From Antechinus flavipes (Eukaryota): a stretch of DNA of 64,000 nucleotides. The stretch is taken from the NCBI RefSeq assembly GCF_016432865.1, contig NC_067400.1:31558001-31622000 (forward strand). The letters run 5' to 3'. Positions 48,501-63,260 of the stretch are shown piece by piece. The notes beneath the pieces are model-generated. The model searched no databases, was not told the origin of the DNA, and saw only the letters and a program-made list of their open reading frames with translations. A program made the translations under genes and the position numbers. Numbering within the stretch: the first letter of the stretch is position 1; each line of letters starts with the position of its first letter.

Positions 48501-51414
48501 ATATCACACCTAGGGGTATACAATCAGAACTTTGCACAAGAGTGCTGAAATTTAGAAGACATTGGAAACTTCAGAAGTGGGAACAACTGGATTTAGCAAT
48601 TGCTTACCAAAAGTGACTAGTTAAAATAGGAATCTATCAGATGCTCCCTGCAACCATCCCCTTTCCCTTCATGACTGACCAGCCTTGTTAATCACTGGTA
48701 ATTTTTTTCCACTTACCTCAATTGAACTCACCTTAAAAAGTTGAGAGTGTATCTCATGCTTCTTTCCTTGACCATTTTTTATGAAGCTTGTTCCAGGAAC
48801 AAAAATACTGATTAAGTCTCTGCAGTTTGTTGTATTTTTATTCTTTTTAATCTGCACTAATTATAGTATCTACTTCTTCTTACCTTCTGTTCCTGAAATG
48901 GCTGCCTAAAGGTGATGGGTGGTCTACATATTGTCAGTCTCTAAATACTCTGAGAGCATCCTTGATGAGAGAAGGTGTCCCCATATGCAGGTAAGTTAGA
49001 GTGTAATCACTGGCATTTAAAAATAATCTTGAATATTTCAACTACCCAGTAGGCAATGAATAACATCCCTGAAAAAGGCCTCAAGGAAATGGCAATAAAG
49101 AGAATCCATTAGCGGAATGCTATGGTTAAATTTGAAATATCTATATCTATCTAGCTTTCTAGATAGATATACATATAAGGAAAAGGGAGGGCATGCAACT
49201 TTTAGTGTCTCTGGCACCAAATGGAACACCTGCCAACATTTACATGTAATTAATCAAACAACAAAGACATGTTTCTTGAGCATTTACCCTGTGCAAGATA
49301 TTGTACGAGGTGATGCTGATAACAAAGACAAAAAAGGAGACTGTTCTTCCCATCGAGGAACTCTATTTTACCATCTGGGTAAAGCAGTTTTGTTCTTCTG
49401 TCCTTGTGTCCCTTGTGATGGGGAAAGCCTGGCAACACGATGGACCTTTGGACTAGGAGCTAGAGTCCTATTTTTGTTACTACTGTTTCTTTCAGCTCCA
49501 GTAATCCATTCTGAGTTTCAGTTGTTTCACTTTTACATAAAGGGGTAGAATTAAAAACATCAAAATCACTTTCAAACTCAAGATTCCTATGACACCTTTG
49601 AGGAGCAAAGACATAAAAAATGGTCTGAGGAGTAAGGGAGCTGAAGGATTGGTCTCACTCAAGTGACAAACATCATGTTACTTTACCTCTGTGACCTTCC
49701 TCAGTTTCTTCATGTGTGAAATGCCCTTCTGGTTCTGAAACCTGCTTCCTTGTATCCTGGGAGTAAAACAAGGGTTAACTTCTCTCTGCCTTTTTTGATG
49801 CCTATTTCATTGACTCACCAGCCAGCATTCTAGAAGGGAGTGTGAGTTGACGACTTCATTTCATGCATGGATTTAATGTAGCATGGGCTTGTCTCATTTG
49901 TTGCAACAGTTTAAATGCCATCTTTAATGTTTTGCTTTCATGCTATGACTTTTTTTTCTTTCTTCCCTTATTCCAAAAAGAAAAAAAGAAAAACTCTTGC
50001 AGTGAAATATTCTCCAATTTCTAAAATGAATGAGGGTATAGGTTTTCTTTAATTTCTACATAAAAAGGAAGATGCTTAATGATTATCTTCATTAATTAAC
50101 CAAGATTTTATGTTGTTTCAAAGTGGATCTTACAATAAATATTTTTTTACATTTATAATTCAAACCGAGTCTAAATTCATGATGAAACTATACTCCAGTG
50201 ATATAAAATAATAACAATATGATAGTTTTGACATGGATAATTTGGTGGAATTGATATATTTTGTGGACATCTTGAGACCAATGTTAACTTTTCTAAGAAA
50301 GTTTCTAAGTGATGGATTGAATTTGTGACTGATATGGGAAACTAGATTACAGTTAAAAAAAATCACATGGGGTTTTTAAATCCTAGTTTCTGTAGAACTG
50401 AGGGTAGTAAGATAGTTCATATATTCCTTCAGTAAAATCTAGCTGTGTCTTTGAGTGGATATAATATTTTATGTGCATAGTCTGACCTACAAAATAAGAC
50501 TGGAAACTCCTGACTTCATATTTCCTTGCAAGTTCTCCAGTGGTAAAGGTTGATTGAGTATCCCACAGCTCAAGCCATCATTTCATTTTGTTGAAGAGAG
50601 GTGACAGGTGGCCAAAGTTAGGAATATTGAAGGGTTCAGTGTAGTTCCATTAAAACATCATTTAGATTTTAAAATCTGGTCTTGCTTGACACCAAGGTAA
50701 AGGGATAAGGATAAGGGAAAAGGTTGTTGGAGATCTGGGTTCAATGTCTACAATGCCCTTACAGATGTCTCTCAAGCACAGAATTGTTTACTGTATATAA
50801 AGTAAATCTTACTATCTCTGTATATTAATGAAAAACCACAGATCAGCCTTGTGCCTTTGGCCTTTCTAGATCAGAGGAGATAGTACATTTCTCTGGTTAT
50901 GGTTGTTGTAGCAAACAGTCAGTCAACAGTATTTGTTACATTCTGATTATATTCCAGACCCTGTACTAAGTCCTGGACATATAAAGGGAAAAAAATGGTC
51001 CCTTCCTTCAAAAAGCCCATATTATAATGGAAGAAACAACATGGGGAAATTATGCATACAAGGCATTAATATTGTAAGTGGAAAATAATTTTAGAAGGAA
51101 GGACCTAATAATGTGAATATCAGGAAAAGCTTCTTATAAAGGCAAGAGTTGAGCTGAGTTTGAAGGAAACTGGGGGAGCCAGGAAACAGAAATAAGAGAT
51201 AAGGAGGAAGATGATGGCATGGCAAATAGCATTTAGCATAGTGCCTGATACATACATGTGTATTGATTGGTTGAATAACTGATGAAAAGACCTTGGCATC
51301 TTCAGATTGAATGTCATATACAAGGAACAGCTAAAAGGCTTGTATTGCAATAAGCTTTGAAGCTTTTGTTTCTGCTTGGAATTCATAGCATTTTGCTTTT
51401 ACAATTGTCTAAAA

Positions 51415-51583
51415 TAGGGGCCTGTAGGCCAAATATGGCCTACCACCTGTTATTGTACTGTCAGGGAGCTAAGTATAGATTTTATCTTTTAAAATGAAAT
51501 TTTACTGTATTTAAAAACTAAACTCAAGACTGTACTAAAGCAGGCAGCAATCTGATTCAAGGGAACTAGTTTGTTGACCCAAG
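51415..51583 (+). mobile_element. MER58-like hAT-Charlie MITE
   Basis: TAGGGG...ggccaaatatggcc..cctgttattgtac...gagctaag...tttgttgacccaag; TSD gtctaaaa / gtctaaac (7/8). Confidence 0.75.
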
Positions 51584-53643
51584 GTCTAAACTATAGTCTT
51601 TTTTGGACCTAATAATTGTTGTTGTTATTGTTGTTTTTAAACTGGGCTTGGTTGAATAACTATGATGAAATTCACCAAGTGTTCCAGACTTTTTATTGTA
51701 TCGCAATAGCCTTCTTAGAAAATACTGCTGAAGGGGATGAGCAATGGATTCAAAAGCATACATGAGTGAACATACTTTACTTGAGACTGTGGAGTTAGTA
51801 GCCTAGATTTAAACTATTTCCAGAATTAAGTAGTTGAGTGTGTGTGTGTATGTGTGTGTGTGCGTGTGCGTGTGTTACATAAGTAATAATCCATCATTCA
51901 TATACTCCCATTTCACAGTTGTCTAGGGAAAATATGAATTCAAACAGCTGATTTTTTTTCTTCAACCTCAAAATTTTTGATTATTACAGGCATTTCCTTT
52001 ATCAGTGCAGATTGAAAACTTCCATTCCATAAATTGAGCCTTATTAGTTCTTGTGACCAAGAAGTCCATAGCATGATATCTCAACTTCTGCTGACAAACT
52101 TATTTTCCACTTAGCATGTTTATTTTTTGATAACCAGTAACCATCATCCACCAGATTCACTAGTGGAGCTCTTTTGTGCTGTAGGACTTTCCAAATATTT
52201 TGTAACACTAGAGATGCTATACTAAAGATATTTATCACTGATGTAATACTTTCAAATGTTCTATAATGGCATAAATATGAAAACTCATGGTCATGTCTAG
52301 GCCATGGTGAGAAGTAGGACTTTGAGATATGTAGTGTGTACTCTGTACGATGATTTTATGTAAAACTGAATTCAAGATCAGTGGATATCTTAAAAGAAAT
52401 CAGAGTCTGTGAAAGAAAAAAAAAACATCCATTTGTTTTTAATACCATTAAAATGAAAATTCCTTAAGCACTTACTAATTAGAACATCACTTGTCTATTT
52501 TTTTAAAAAATTGGACAAAAACTCATTTTAAGTTCATTTTTCTTTGAAATTATACTAAGAACATAATTTATTTTATGACTTAAATTAATGGGCTTCTTCT
52601 TGGGAGTCTTCCTATTTTATTGTTACAAAAAGAATGCCATAGGATCAAATTATTCCAAGGCCATTTGATGCATACCAATACCTTGTTTCTGTAGAGAATG
52701 TCACTATATAGAAACCATCTTCTGATATTTGAAGGTTGTGATGCTAAAGGCATTGGTTTTTCTTGAGAATAGAATGGCTTTACTGAGAATAGAAAATTGG
52801 AAGCAAAAAGTAGAATCTGTAGAGGCAGAGCGGAGTTCAATGTAAGGGAGAATTTTCCTAAACTTTAGTGATGGCTAAGAGTGGTGTGAAAGCATCACAA
52901 TCATTGATTATCTCCTCTGTGCCTGGCATTGCATTAAGTGCTAGGTGAACAAAGTAAGGCAAAACCTAAAACAACTAAAATGGTCTCTGCCTGCAAGGAC
53001 CAGGATGAACGATTCCAATCATTGATGTTCTTTGAATAGAAAATGGAAAAGTATTTGTTGGGGATATTGTAGGGGAAATTCCCTCACTTGGACAAAGTGA
53101 TCAATGAATTTCCTTCCAACTTTGAGATTAGGTGATGCTATCTCACTATGATAGTATGTGACGTTAGAGCTGAACATTTTGTATTATACCAAAAACAAAA
53201 ACAAAAACCTTGAAACCTACTGCATACATGACAAGATTGTTTACATCATTCTTTTAGAGAATTAGAATAAACATACATCCACCAAAATTCATTCAGTAAT
53301 TAAAAGATTGGATAAAATAATATAAGAATGTCTTCTTTAAGGATGAAAGTGGTTGATGTGCATGTAGTTATAGATATAATGATGTCTCCCTTTCCTCTTA
53401 GATTTTCATGGTAGATTTCAAGGCATCAAGATACCATCATCTGATAATAATAAGGTATACCAAAAGATTTAATGTACTCCCTCTTTGGAACAACCTGAAT
53501 CACAACATTATAATAAAATGCAATTCATAATATCACAATAATTTTTGGTAAAATAAGAAATATTGACAGACCTACAATAACAATTTAATATTTTATATAA
53601 ATAGAAAATAGGTGCATTACATTTTAAAAAATAATTAGCATTT

Positions 53644-53880
53644 GGAGCAGCTAGATGATGTAGTGGATAGAATGCTTGGCCTGAAGTCAGACTGACTTCA
53701 AATTTAGTCTCAAACATTTATTAACTGAGTGATTCTAAGCAAGTCACTTTAACCCTGTTTACCTCAGTTTCCTCACTCATCAAATGAAATGAAGAAGGAA
53801 ATGACAAACCACTACAGTATTTTTGCCAAGAAAACCACAGATGAGATCACAGAATCAGACATTGATGAAAAATGATTAAA
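53644..53880 (+). mobile_element. Mar1/WALLSI-like RTE-tailed SINE
   Basis: ggagcagctagatgatgtagtggatagaatgc...gaagaaggaaatgacaaaccactacagtatttttgccaagaaaacc. Confidence 0.8.
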
Positions 53881-56800
53881 TAATAATAATGATAAGCATG
53901 TAATTTCTCTGCCCTTCCAACAATAAAACAAGCAAAAACTTAAAATAAATACAATTTTATATTAGCTGTGTGTTCAATCTAAAAATAAATATTTATTAAG
54001 TGTCCATTATATGCCAGAAACTAAGTGCTGGAGATACAAGAGGAAAAAGATAGTCCCTCAAGGAACTCACTTCTTAGGTGAATCTAACAAATGACAACAC
54101 GCAAACAAACATGTACAAAACAAGTTATATACATGATAATTAGGAAATAATTAAAAGAGGTGGGGTATATTGAGCTTAATTTTGAGATGTAAGATTGTTG
54201 ACCTCCAATTTTACATTTCCAAGTGACAAAGAGTGGGGTAGGAAAGGTAAATTTGAGAAGACTGGGTGTAGGACTGGTAATAAAATCACCAAATTTCCCA
54301 AGCATACATCTGTCTTTGCATTTTAGCTCTAGCAATTGTAGCAGGAGGTGAGTTACATGTTCCTTTTTTTGGACATGCGGTTTATCTGGTCTATTGTTCT
54401 GATGAAAAGAATTGGAAAAATTTCTGAAATTGTTCATCTCTCAATGTTGCTATTGCATAAATCTTCTGGCTCTGATTTCTTCAATTTCTTAATATCTCCA
54501 ATTGCTAGTGCTAGCATTCCTTAATTGTTGTGTGTGTGTGTATGTGTGTGTGTGCATATATGTGTGCATGTATGGGAACACATCTGTTTACTTGTTTACA
54601 TATATGACTTCTACCATGTTAGAATGTAAATGTAAGCTTGTTAAAAGCAGGGATTCTTTTTTTTCTTTCTTTTTCTTTTTTTTTTTGGGGGGGGTATGTA
54701 TTCTAGGTTCCTATATCACAGGGTCTTGATAAATGGGTGTTGCTAGATTGCTTTATCGTATTCTGTCTTATGGGTACATATATTAGTACTAACCTCCCCC
54801 CCTCCATTAAAATAAACATCTTGAGGACAAATAAACCATCCTTTTTATATTTAGCCTTAGTATTACAGGCTCCAAGCATAGTATCTTATAAGTAGACTTC
54901 TAATATTTGATTGTTGAATAAGGAAAAACAATTCTTTGTGAATTTCTGTTATTAGTTTAGCAGTTAACATAGAACATTTCAAAGAGAGTGATTGTTCCCT
55001 TCATGTCTTGTAGCAAGGATGATTTCCCTTTTTTATTTTTGAGTATGACATTTTAAAAAATAGGACAATATCAAAGTTATTTTTACTGACTTTTACAGAT
55101 TTTCTGCTAAAATTGCATAACGATTTTAAGATGAAAAGAAAGGGGTTTGTTTTAGCCTATTCTACCAGATATGCTTGTAAGGAGGGAGCTCCTGCCTTTT
55201 TTTTGGTAGAGAAAAGGCTCCATAAGGCCTTGTATTTTTAAGGGTTCTTAATACAGTATAGGATATCTCCTGGGAGCATATGATGAAAAAGAACATGATA
55301 TTTTTCTCATAATAGTCTCAGTGAAATGGGTTCAATTCCTAGTATTTTATTCCCTAAGGTCCTGATTCTTAGCCTTATAAATTTGTGAAGAATGTATTTC
55401 TTAACTCTGGATAAATTGGTCATTGTCTTTGGGCAATTTTAGAATCATTGTCTAAGATTGAGATGCTTCATGTCTTACCACAAATGACAATGTAACTGTT
55501 GCCTCAAATGACAAATTCTCCTTAATGGAAAGAAAAGGTCAGTTACTCTGAGGAAATTTGAAGAGTCCTAGGCTTGGAATGGTGGGGGTGGGGTTGAAGT
55601 TTTTTAATGCTGGATTACTTTGATACTTTGATAATTATAATTTTACTCTTGTAAAATTTGCTATTTTCAAAGATATAAATTATAATGGCTCCTTGCCTAT
55701 CCATCCCATGAAGCACTCACCCAAAAACTTATGAATGAGTGAAATGAATCTTTCTTATTGAAAGTGTTTGGTTCTCCATCTTTCCACCAATGGCTTTGTG
55801 CCTGATCTGGTTTGATTCTATTTATTCGTATTATGTGTATATATATTTGTGGACTTTTTATCTCTCTCTTAAATTAAAGAGTTCTTCACTTGTTGATTTC
55901 ATACAGGTGAGAATCATCTGCATTTGATAATTACTTAGCTTTTACTGATATGTTTACCATGTGTCTGATACAACTTTAGGTGACATGTGTACAAAGAGAT
56001 GTTTGAAGAACTTCTGAACACATCCAAAAGAATTAGTATTCATTAAATGAACTCTCCTAATGTCTTCCCAAAGAATTTTGAGATATTGCCTTTGATTTCA
56101 GTAGCTTTGCAAGAAGCCAATGTCATCTTTATGCACTTATTTTTTCTCAATGTTTCCAATTTCTCAGGTAAAGGCATATTTTTCATATCACGTTAGTCAC
56201 ATTTTCAGGGACTTTAGACACAAAAAGAATAAGGGAAGCGCTTGGTTTGGATCCAAACAGCATAGGAACCAAATGCTCCCTGTAAGAGCTTCTAATTTCT
56301 CCCACATGCCACTTGGAAATGGTCTCCCTCTGAAACTGTTATTAGTTTGTTACATTTAGTTTGGATGGTTTTCTAGTGGGTGAAAAGCTTGTTTATAAGA
56401 GCAGACGTGCCAAGTGGCATTAAACTTTAGATGGACTTACTTAAGGAAAGAATTTTCCTCTTATCTTCTTTTGCCTTTGGATGCTGTTGAATTTTCTTCT
56501 GGGTATGACCAATTCATTAGTGAGTTCTCACTGGGCAAACTTGGGTCAAAATCTATTGTGTTGAATCGTTTAATGGCTCCCATCCAATACAGAGAGAGTG
56601 ATCACTGGACATGTTGAAGAAGGAGTTTGTGTTAATGAGTCTGGAACTTGAGATGTACTCGTGATGGGGTAATAGATGCACACCCTCAACATACAGAAGG
56701 CCAAATCCAAAGGAAAATACATTATAATACCATGGAAATCAAGTGACTCATCTTTTCTTTTTTCAAATATTTCTAAAGTGCTTTGATTTATCCATGGTTC

Positions 56801-57129
56801 TTATCATTCCTGCAGACATTTTGTGCATCTATGTACCTACTCTCTTAATCTTAATCCCCAATTGAAGATGAGTTACCTGAGGGTAGGAGCCTTTTCATTT
56901 TTGTCTTTGTATCTCTGGTCCCAAGCTTGATAACTTGCACACAGAAGCTATGTGATTTAATTAAAAGAAGGCTGAAGTTGGAATCAGGAAAAATTATTTT
57001 TTGAATGTCATTCCAAACATCAAATAGCCACATGAACCTGAGCAGACTATATTATCTTCCTTATCCTCAGTTTTCTTATCTATAAAATGGAAACAATTGC
57101 TGCAATTATCTCTCAAGTATTATATAAAG

Positions 57130-57640
57130 ATCAAATAATACAATTAATCACCAAGTATTTATTAAACCCCTACTATTTGCCAGGCACAGTGCTAACTGCT
57201 GGGGATACAAAAGAAAAAAAAAAAGGTAGCTATCCTCAGGGAACTTATATTTCTCTAAGGGATACACTATGAAATTAAGAAATAGAAAAAAGATACAAAA
57301 TAAATATATACTGTTACCTTTTTCTTGGGTGGGGGAATGAACAGAAGAGCAAAAACATCTTATAGAATGTGACATTTGACCAGAGACTTGAAAATAAAAA
57401 AATAAAAAACAAGGAATTTGAAGAGTATGAAGTGAGGTAGAAGAGCTTCCCAGACACTGGGTGGGTGAGTGAGTCGGGGTGGCCAGTACAGAGGCACAGA
57501 ATTTCAATATGAAGCATCTCTCCAGAGGGAGAACAAAGCCAGTTTGGCTGGACATCAGAATGCAGGATTGGATGTGATGTGTGATAAAACTGGGAAGCTG
57601 GGTTGTGAAATGTTTCATAAACCTTGAAGCTCAATAGAAG
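57130..57640 (-). mobile_element. L2 fragment
   Basis: caagtatttattaaacccctactatttgccaggcacagtgctaactgctggggatacaaa...gagaacaaagccagtttggctgga. Confidence 0.8.
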
Positions 57641-57839
57641 GGACAATTTGTACAAGTAATGGTCCTGGGTATTTAATAAATAAATACCATGACATTACAA
57701 AGCAGAAAGTAGATGTCTGCTCACAGAAACAGGTAAAGTCATTCCTTTTTATATTAAGTGCAAACAGTGGAATAAGGGAAGGATGGAGCTAGTTTTAAAA
57801 GTTCATATAATATATAATTCACAATCATAAGATCTCTTT

Positions 57840-57850
57840 GTGTTTGTGTG

Positions 57851-57904
<54 letters not shown>

Positions 57905-57920
57905 AGAAAGAGAGAGGGAA
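57840..57920. repeat. (TG)n(GA)n compound microsatellite
   Basis: Visible. Confidence 0.95.
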
Positions 57921-59139
57921 TGAATATAAGAATAATGGGATCAAATGGTGTTCTCATAGGAAGATAACTGAGCACAAGAGATCCCTAATAGATTCATCTG
58001 TTGCTAAGTTGCCACCTTCTCCAGCAAACTGCCTGATTCCTTGGCTCTATGCCTACAGTTTCTGAGGACAAAGACTTAACACCAACAGGACATAATCATC
58101 TCTTAATTTTCTTCCAGTTAGAAATCAAACAATTCTGTTTTTGTTCAGTTTTTCTGAAACAGTAGACCCCTTTCTGTCTTCCTTACACTAACTTAACTGT
58201 TCCTGTCACCTTCTATTCCTTTCTTATTCTTCAGAGCTGACATTTGTTTGACACTGATGAACATAAGTGCTCGGGATGCTCATCTCTCTCCAGAAGAGCA
58301 TTAGCAAATGTCACTAGATTTTCTCCTAAGCCCACACTAGAAGTGCTGGCATTGTGTTTAAGTATCCAAGAAGCTGGGAAAGGATAGAGTACTAAGTTCA
58401 TAGTCATGAAGAAGCATGTTTGAAGCTCCGTTCTGACACTCTCTTTACCTGTATGACCTCGGCCAAATCACTCTCTGTTCTCCAGATTAACTCCTGGGAC
58501 TCGCCTCTTAAGTTAGAGATGGGATATGATGTATGGAAGCATAAAGAATTTCCACTCTCCCTGTAGGCCAAAAAAACCATACTTTTTTGAGTATTACTAT
58601 CTTTGAGTAATTGTGGCACATAATATTTTGGAGGCAAGGTGAATAGATTTCCAATAGGAGATTATCTGCATGGGCAAAATCCCTTATTTACTCAAAAACA
58701 GCCTCTATCATTTTGCTTTAGTGTGAATGAACTTCCCTTGGACAATGTTTTGTATCAATGGAAGCCACAAGATTTATTCCATTAAGCTTTGGCTATTTCA
58801 AGCCAGTCAACTAATGAACATTTATTAATTATTTACTACATACTAGTTATTATACAAGATGTTGAAATAGAAATAAAAAAATGAAACAATTCCTCCCTTT
58901 TAAAGAGCTTCTATTCAATTGGGGAAGGATATATGGTCTTTCCCATGGGTAATTCTATGTATAGATTAAGGTACAATATTTATTCCATTGCGACACAGGT
59001 AAATATATATCCACACAACACACATATGTGCATATATAAATCATATGCATACACACATTTATAGTACATATATAGATATACATATAACCTATACTTAACC
59101 AGGAGTCTATTTTTCATTTTTATGAGGTCATCATTACTT

Positions 59140-59440
59140 TAAGGGGAAGTATCCAACTCATATCGCATAAATTGTTTCTACTTTTGGAAAGCTCTGATTG
59201 CTAGTAAGTTTTCATTTATTGCTAGCTTAAATTGTTCCCTTCAGGTTCTTCCCATTTCTCCTGTTTCTACCCAAACAAAAGATCAATTCATTCCTTCTTT
59301 CCTATGAAAAACTTGTAGATAACTGCAGACAGATATCATCTTCTTCTTAAATCTTCCATTCTTTGGACTAAGCATCGTTAGGTCTTATAACCTGGTTCTA
59401 TATGACATGAATTTGAGGTCCTTTGGCATCATAATTCTTT
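59140..59440 (-). mobile_element. L3/CR1 fragment
   Basis: ttggaaagctctgattgctagtaagtttt...gcagacagatatcatc...ctatatgacatga. Confidence 0.65.
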
Positions 59441-60554
59441 CTTTGTATACTTTCTTTCTGTACAATCACTTTGTATAGAAAGCTTATATAATATATTTTT
59501 TTTTACTTTGTAAATCAGTGACCTTTATAAACTCTATTATCCAGCAGATTAACAAATATCTGCCCAGATCACAGCCCAGTGGGACATCCCTCTCCCTAGT
59601 CCTGAATGTTAGCATTCAAAGATTACACAATGTCTATTCAAGAGTGTTACTGGGCTTGACGTTTGAAACTAAGAATGCAATGTTGATCAGTTCGTTAAAA
59701 AATGGGGGTGAATCTTCTGAGCACACTCATCAGTCCTTAGTCTCTATTGAGTAACTTGTCACTTTGATTCATGATAACCAAGAGTCATTTAAACCTGATT
59801 TTTCTCATGGCCACCATCTTGCCCAAATCAGTTTCTTCATTGTTTTGGCAAAATCATTCATGTGCTGGGTCACTTTGTTCAAAAAAAAATACTGGTCCAT
59901 CTTCAAAAAACATTTGAAATGTCAACTACTCTTATAAGCTTTACATCAGACTAACAGAATTTTTCTTGAAATGAAAATCTCTGAAAGAAAAATAGATTCA
60001 GATTTTTATTTTCTTCAGATCATGACGTTGTTCTTTTCCTCCTTGCAAAATCATGTTTGCAAACAATTGATAACAACTTGAAAAAGTTGGAAGGGTGGCA
60101 AATTCTAGGAAAGGTTTGAGAAAATATTTATCTTTTTTTTCTGGCAAGAACAAGAGAAAACACTGTCCTCTAGAGTAAACTGTCTTTCTCAGATATTTCC
60201 TGAGGCTTGGTGAAGGATAGAGAACAAAAGCAGCATCCAGGCAAGGTAATCAGGAATCCGAGTTTGCCAACAATTGCCAAGATGTTGTACATTAAAATGA
60301 TTATAATTACTTTTCAAGGTTTTTGGGAGGGGGAAGCATTGATAAGGAGAAAACCATTTCCAGAGAATCAATTAAATGATAGCATGCAAAATAAAGGGGG
60401 ATACCATCAGGAGTTATAATGGCACTGGACTATGTTTCTTTATTCTCGTTGACAGCATGAACAAAAAAAAATCATTTTACAAATATCAATAATTCAGTGG
60501 ACCCTGACCCTGTAAATAGGGGCACTCTATTCAAAGGCACAAATTACAACCCAC

Positions 60555-60620
60555 CTCTCTCAAAGTATTGTTAATGACACTGATAGTCTCTCTCAAAGTG
60601 TTGTTAGTAACACTGATAGT
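60555..60620. repeat. Tandem duplication, 2 x 33 bp with 3 mismatches
   Basis: ctctctcaaagtattgttaatgacactgatagt / ctctctcaaagtgttgttagtaacactgatagt. Confidence 0.9.
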
Positions 60621-60811
60621 GATATATCTTGTATTGAGGCTTGAAAAGAGTAAGACAAAAATGGATAATAGAAAACTAATACATGGGGAAAGTGAAGAGA
60701 CCATAAGAGAGCATCTAATTGCCTAGTATCAATTTGACTCAACAGCTCTGGTATTGAAGAACTGGTAGTGAACCAATCATACCATTTGTGAAAATGAAAT
60801 AAAAATCAATA

Positions 60812-60814
<3 letters not shown>

Positions 60815-60861
<47 letters not shown>
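60815..60861. repeat. (TG)n microsatellite, ~23 units
   Basis: Visible. Confidence 0.95.
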
Positions 60862-60864
<3 letters not shown>

Positions 60865-61899
60865 ATATATATCTCCACACACCCACAGGCATACATGTAT
60901 ACGTAAAAATCTATCTATCTCTAGTGTCACCCTCTCTCTCTATTTGCCAGGTACTTTGATAAGTAATTTATAATTATTATCTTATTTGATCTCAACAGCA
61001 ATGGGAGGCAAGTGCTCTTATTATCCCTGTTTTTCAGATGAGAAAACTGAAGCAAACAGGGTGAAGTGATTTGTTCAGGATAACACAATTAGTCTGTATC
61101 TGAGTGTAACTGAGATGGGATTTGAACTCAGGTCCTCCTGACTTCAAGCCAACACTTCATGTAGTGTTACCCCAATGAGATGGCATATTTAAATGAGAAC
61201 ATATATAAATGAGATAAGAGATGTAAAGTACTATCCAAACTTTAAGGCATTATATGCTACTTCTATCATTTTCATTTTTATTCTTAGTCTCTAGAACAGC
61301 CCTTCCACCATATTTATTTCTCCTCACACAAGAAATTTCCTTTCCTGAGTCTGTCTTTTTATTGGCTGTCCCCTCATGTTTGGGGTATTGGCTTGCTCTC
61401 TCTGTCTCTCTCTCTGACTGTCTCTGCCTCTGTCTCACCTTTTACCTCTCTCTTTATGACTGTCCCTGTCTCTCTCCTCTGTCCCCTCTTTCCTATCTCC
61501 TCTCTTCTCTTTCTCTCTCCTTTTTTTTTCTTCATCACTTCTACTTCTTAGAACATCTGGCTTCATTTTTAACTGGCTTAAAAACCACCTTCTTCTCTAG
61601 TTCCAGTTTCCTCCAGCTCCTAGGATATTCTTCTGCACCATTAGATTGTATCTTTAAAGACAGAGCCTGTTTTGCTTTTTCTTTGCCTTTCTGGTGTCTA
61701 GACAGGGCCTGACATGTGAGCGCCTAATAAATGCTGTGATTCCTAAGCTATCATTGTGTTCTTAGGAAATTTGTGGTGAAGGGGAGTTATAGCTCTGGAT
61801 TGGAGATAGACATATATTATCCTGATTCTCAAAAAAGGGAAAAGAGCACTCTCTACAAACATGACTCCAATTCCTGGCAATATTTTAGAACGTTTTAGT

Positions 61900-63260
61900 G
61901 ACTACTTAGAAAATACACTTTATACACAAAAAAGCATCATGAGTTCATCAAGAACAAGTTAGAACTGCCTAACCTTATTTCCTTTATGGACTGAGTTCCT
62001 AGATTGGAAGGTTCTCATCTATAAAATGAAAAGATTAGACTTGATATTCTCTCAGATCCATTTCACCTCTAAACCTATTGTGATCAGGAAAATTGTGTAG
62101 ATATAATTTTTTTTGAATTTCAGGGAATAATTTGAGAAATGATTTATATTGCCTTCCATTTTTTAATCTGTTCCTATCTACTACTCAGTGATCCATCCTT
62201 TGTAAAAAGGAAGAAAAAAGACATAGGGTGGAAAGTTAATTAAAACTAACCAGTATATGAATTGAACTGAACAGTATATTTTAATGCCCTGTACTCATTT
62301 CCCCTCTTTTCTCCAGTAAAACACTAGCTAAATCTCTTGTATATTCCTATAGGAATATGGAAGAAACATAATGATAGTTGGGTGCATTTCACACTGGTTG
62401 AATCATCAGACCAAGGGATAGTCATTAATGACTCAATATTTACTCAGAAGGAAGTATCTAAGTGAAGACTTGAAATCTATGCTTGGTCTCCTAAATTAAT
62501 ATTTTCATCAATTACCAGAAAAATGGCATGTATTTATTAAATTTTTAGATAATATATATGTTTGTCCAAGTCCAGACTCCAAAAGTTGTTGACAGATACA
62601 GACCAGAAAGTTAAGTTTAATGCAATAAGATGAAATTCAATTGGCAGAAATATAAATTTATAAACAAGATTAAAAAATCAACTTTAAAAAGATGTGAGAT
62701 GGGGAGGCTCAGTTAAATAGTTCAATTGAAAAAAAAGATATGTGATTGTTTTTTATTGTGTTATTAATTTAATATGAGACAAGAGCTGGCTAAGTGAATA
62801 TGATCCTAAGGGACTTTGAGAGCAGCCAGGTGTTCAGTATTGCAGAAGTAAGAGTTTTATTCTCTTCTGCCCTTGTCACAGAATGCTTTCATTATTGTGA
62901 TCCTACTGCCACATTTTAGAAGAGGTTTTTATAGGTTGGAGAATATTCAGTGAAAGGCAACTTAGACAGCAAAAGGTATTGAGTTCATACTATATAAAGA
63001 CTACTTGAAAAATTTCAGGATATTTAGCTATCCATGTCATGGATAGGAATAGAATACAAAATTGGATCTGACACTATCAGGAAAAGCTTCCTTAGATTAA
63101 AAGTACCCTGCAGTGGAATGGATTGTTTCTGGAACTGGAAGATTCTTTCATTGGAATAATTACCAAAGTGGCTAAATGGATTCTGGTCAGAGATGCTCAG
63201 GGGAATTTTTCTTAGATCCAAGCTGGAAGATGTGATTTCTGAGATTCCCTTCTTCATTCC
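61900..63260 (+). mobile_element. Degraded L3/CR1 LINE, RT region to 3' end
   Basis: catgagttcatcaagaacaag...aaccttatttcc...actggttgaat..cagaccaa...gtcattaatg...aagatgaaattcaa...ggaaaagcttcct...gcagtggaatggattg; no intact ORF. Confidence 0.7.

Noticed and set aside
57148-57655. 156-aa and 113-aa ORFs
   Set aside because: Lie within a decayed L2 fragment; no protein-like features.
61254-61712. 152-aa hydrophobic ORF
   Set aside because: Produced by a CT-rich tract (Leu/Ser runs) plus an L2 tail.
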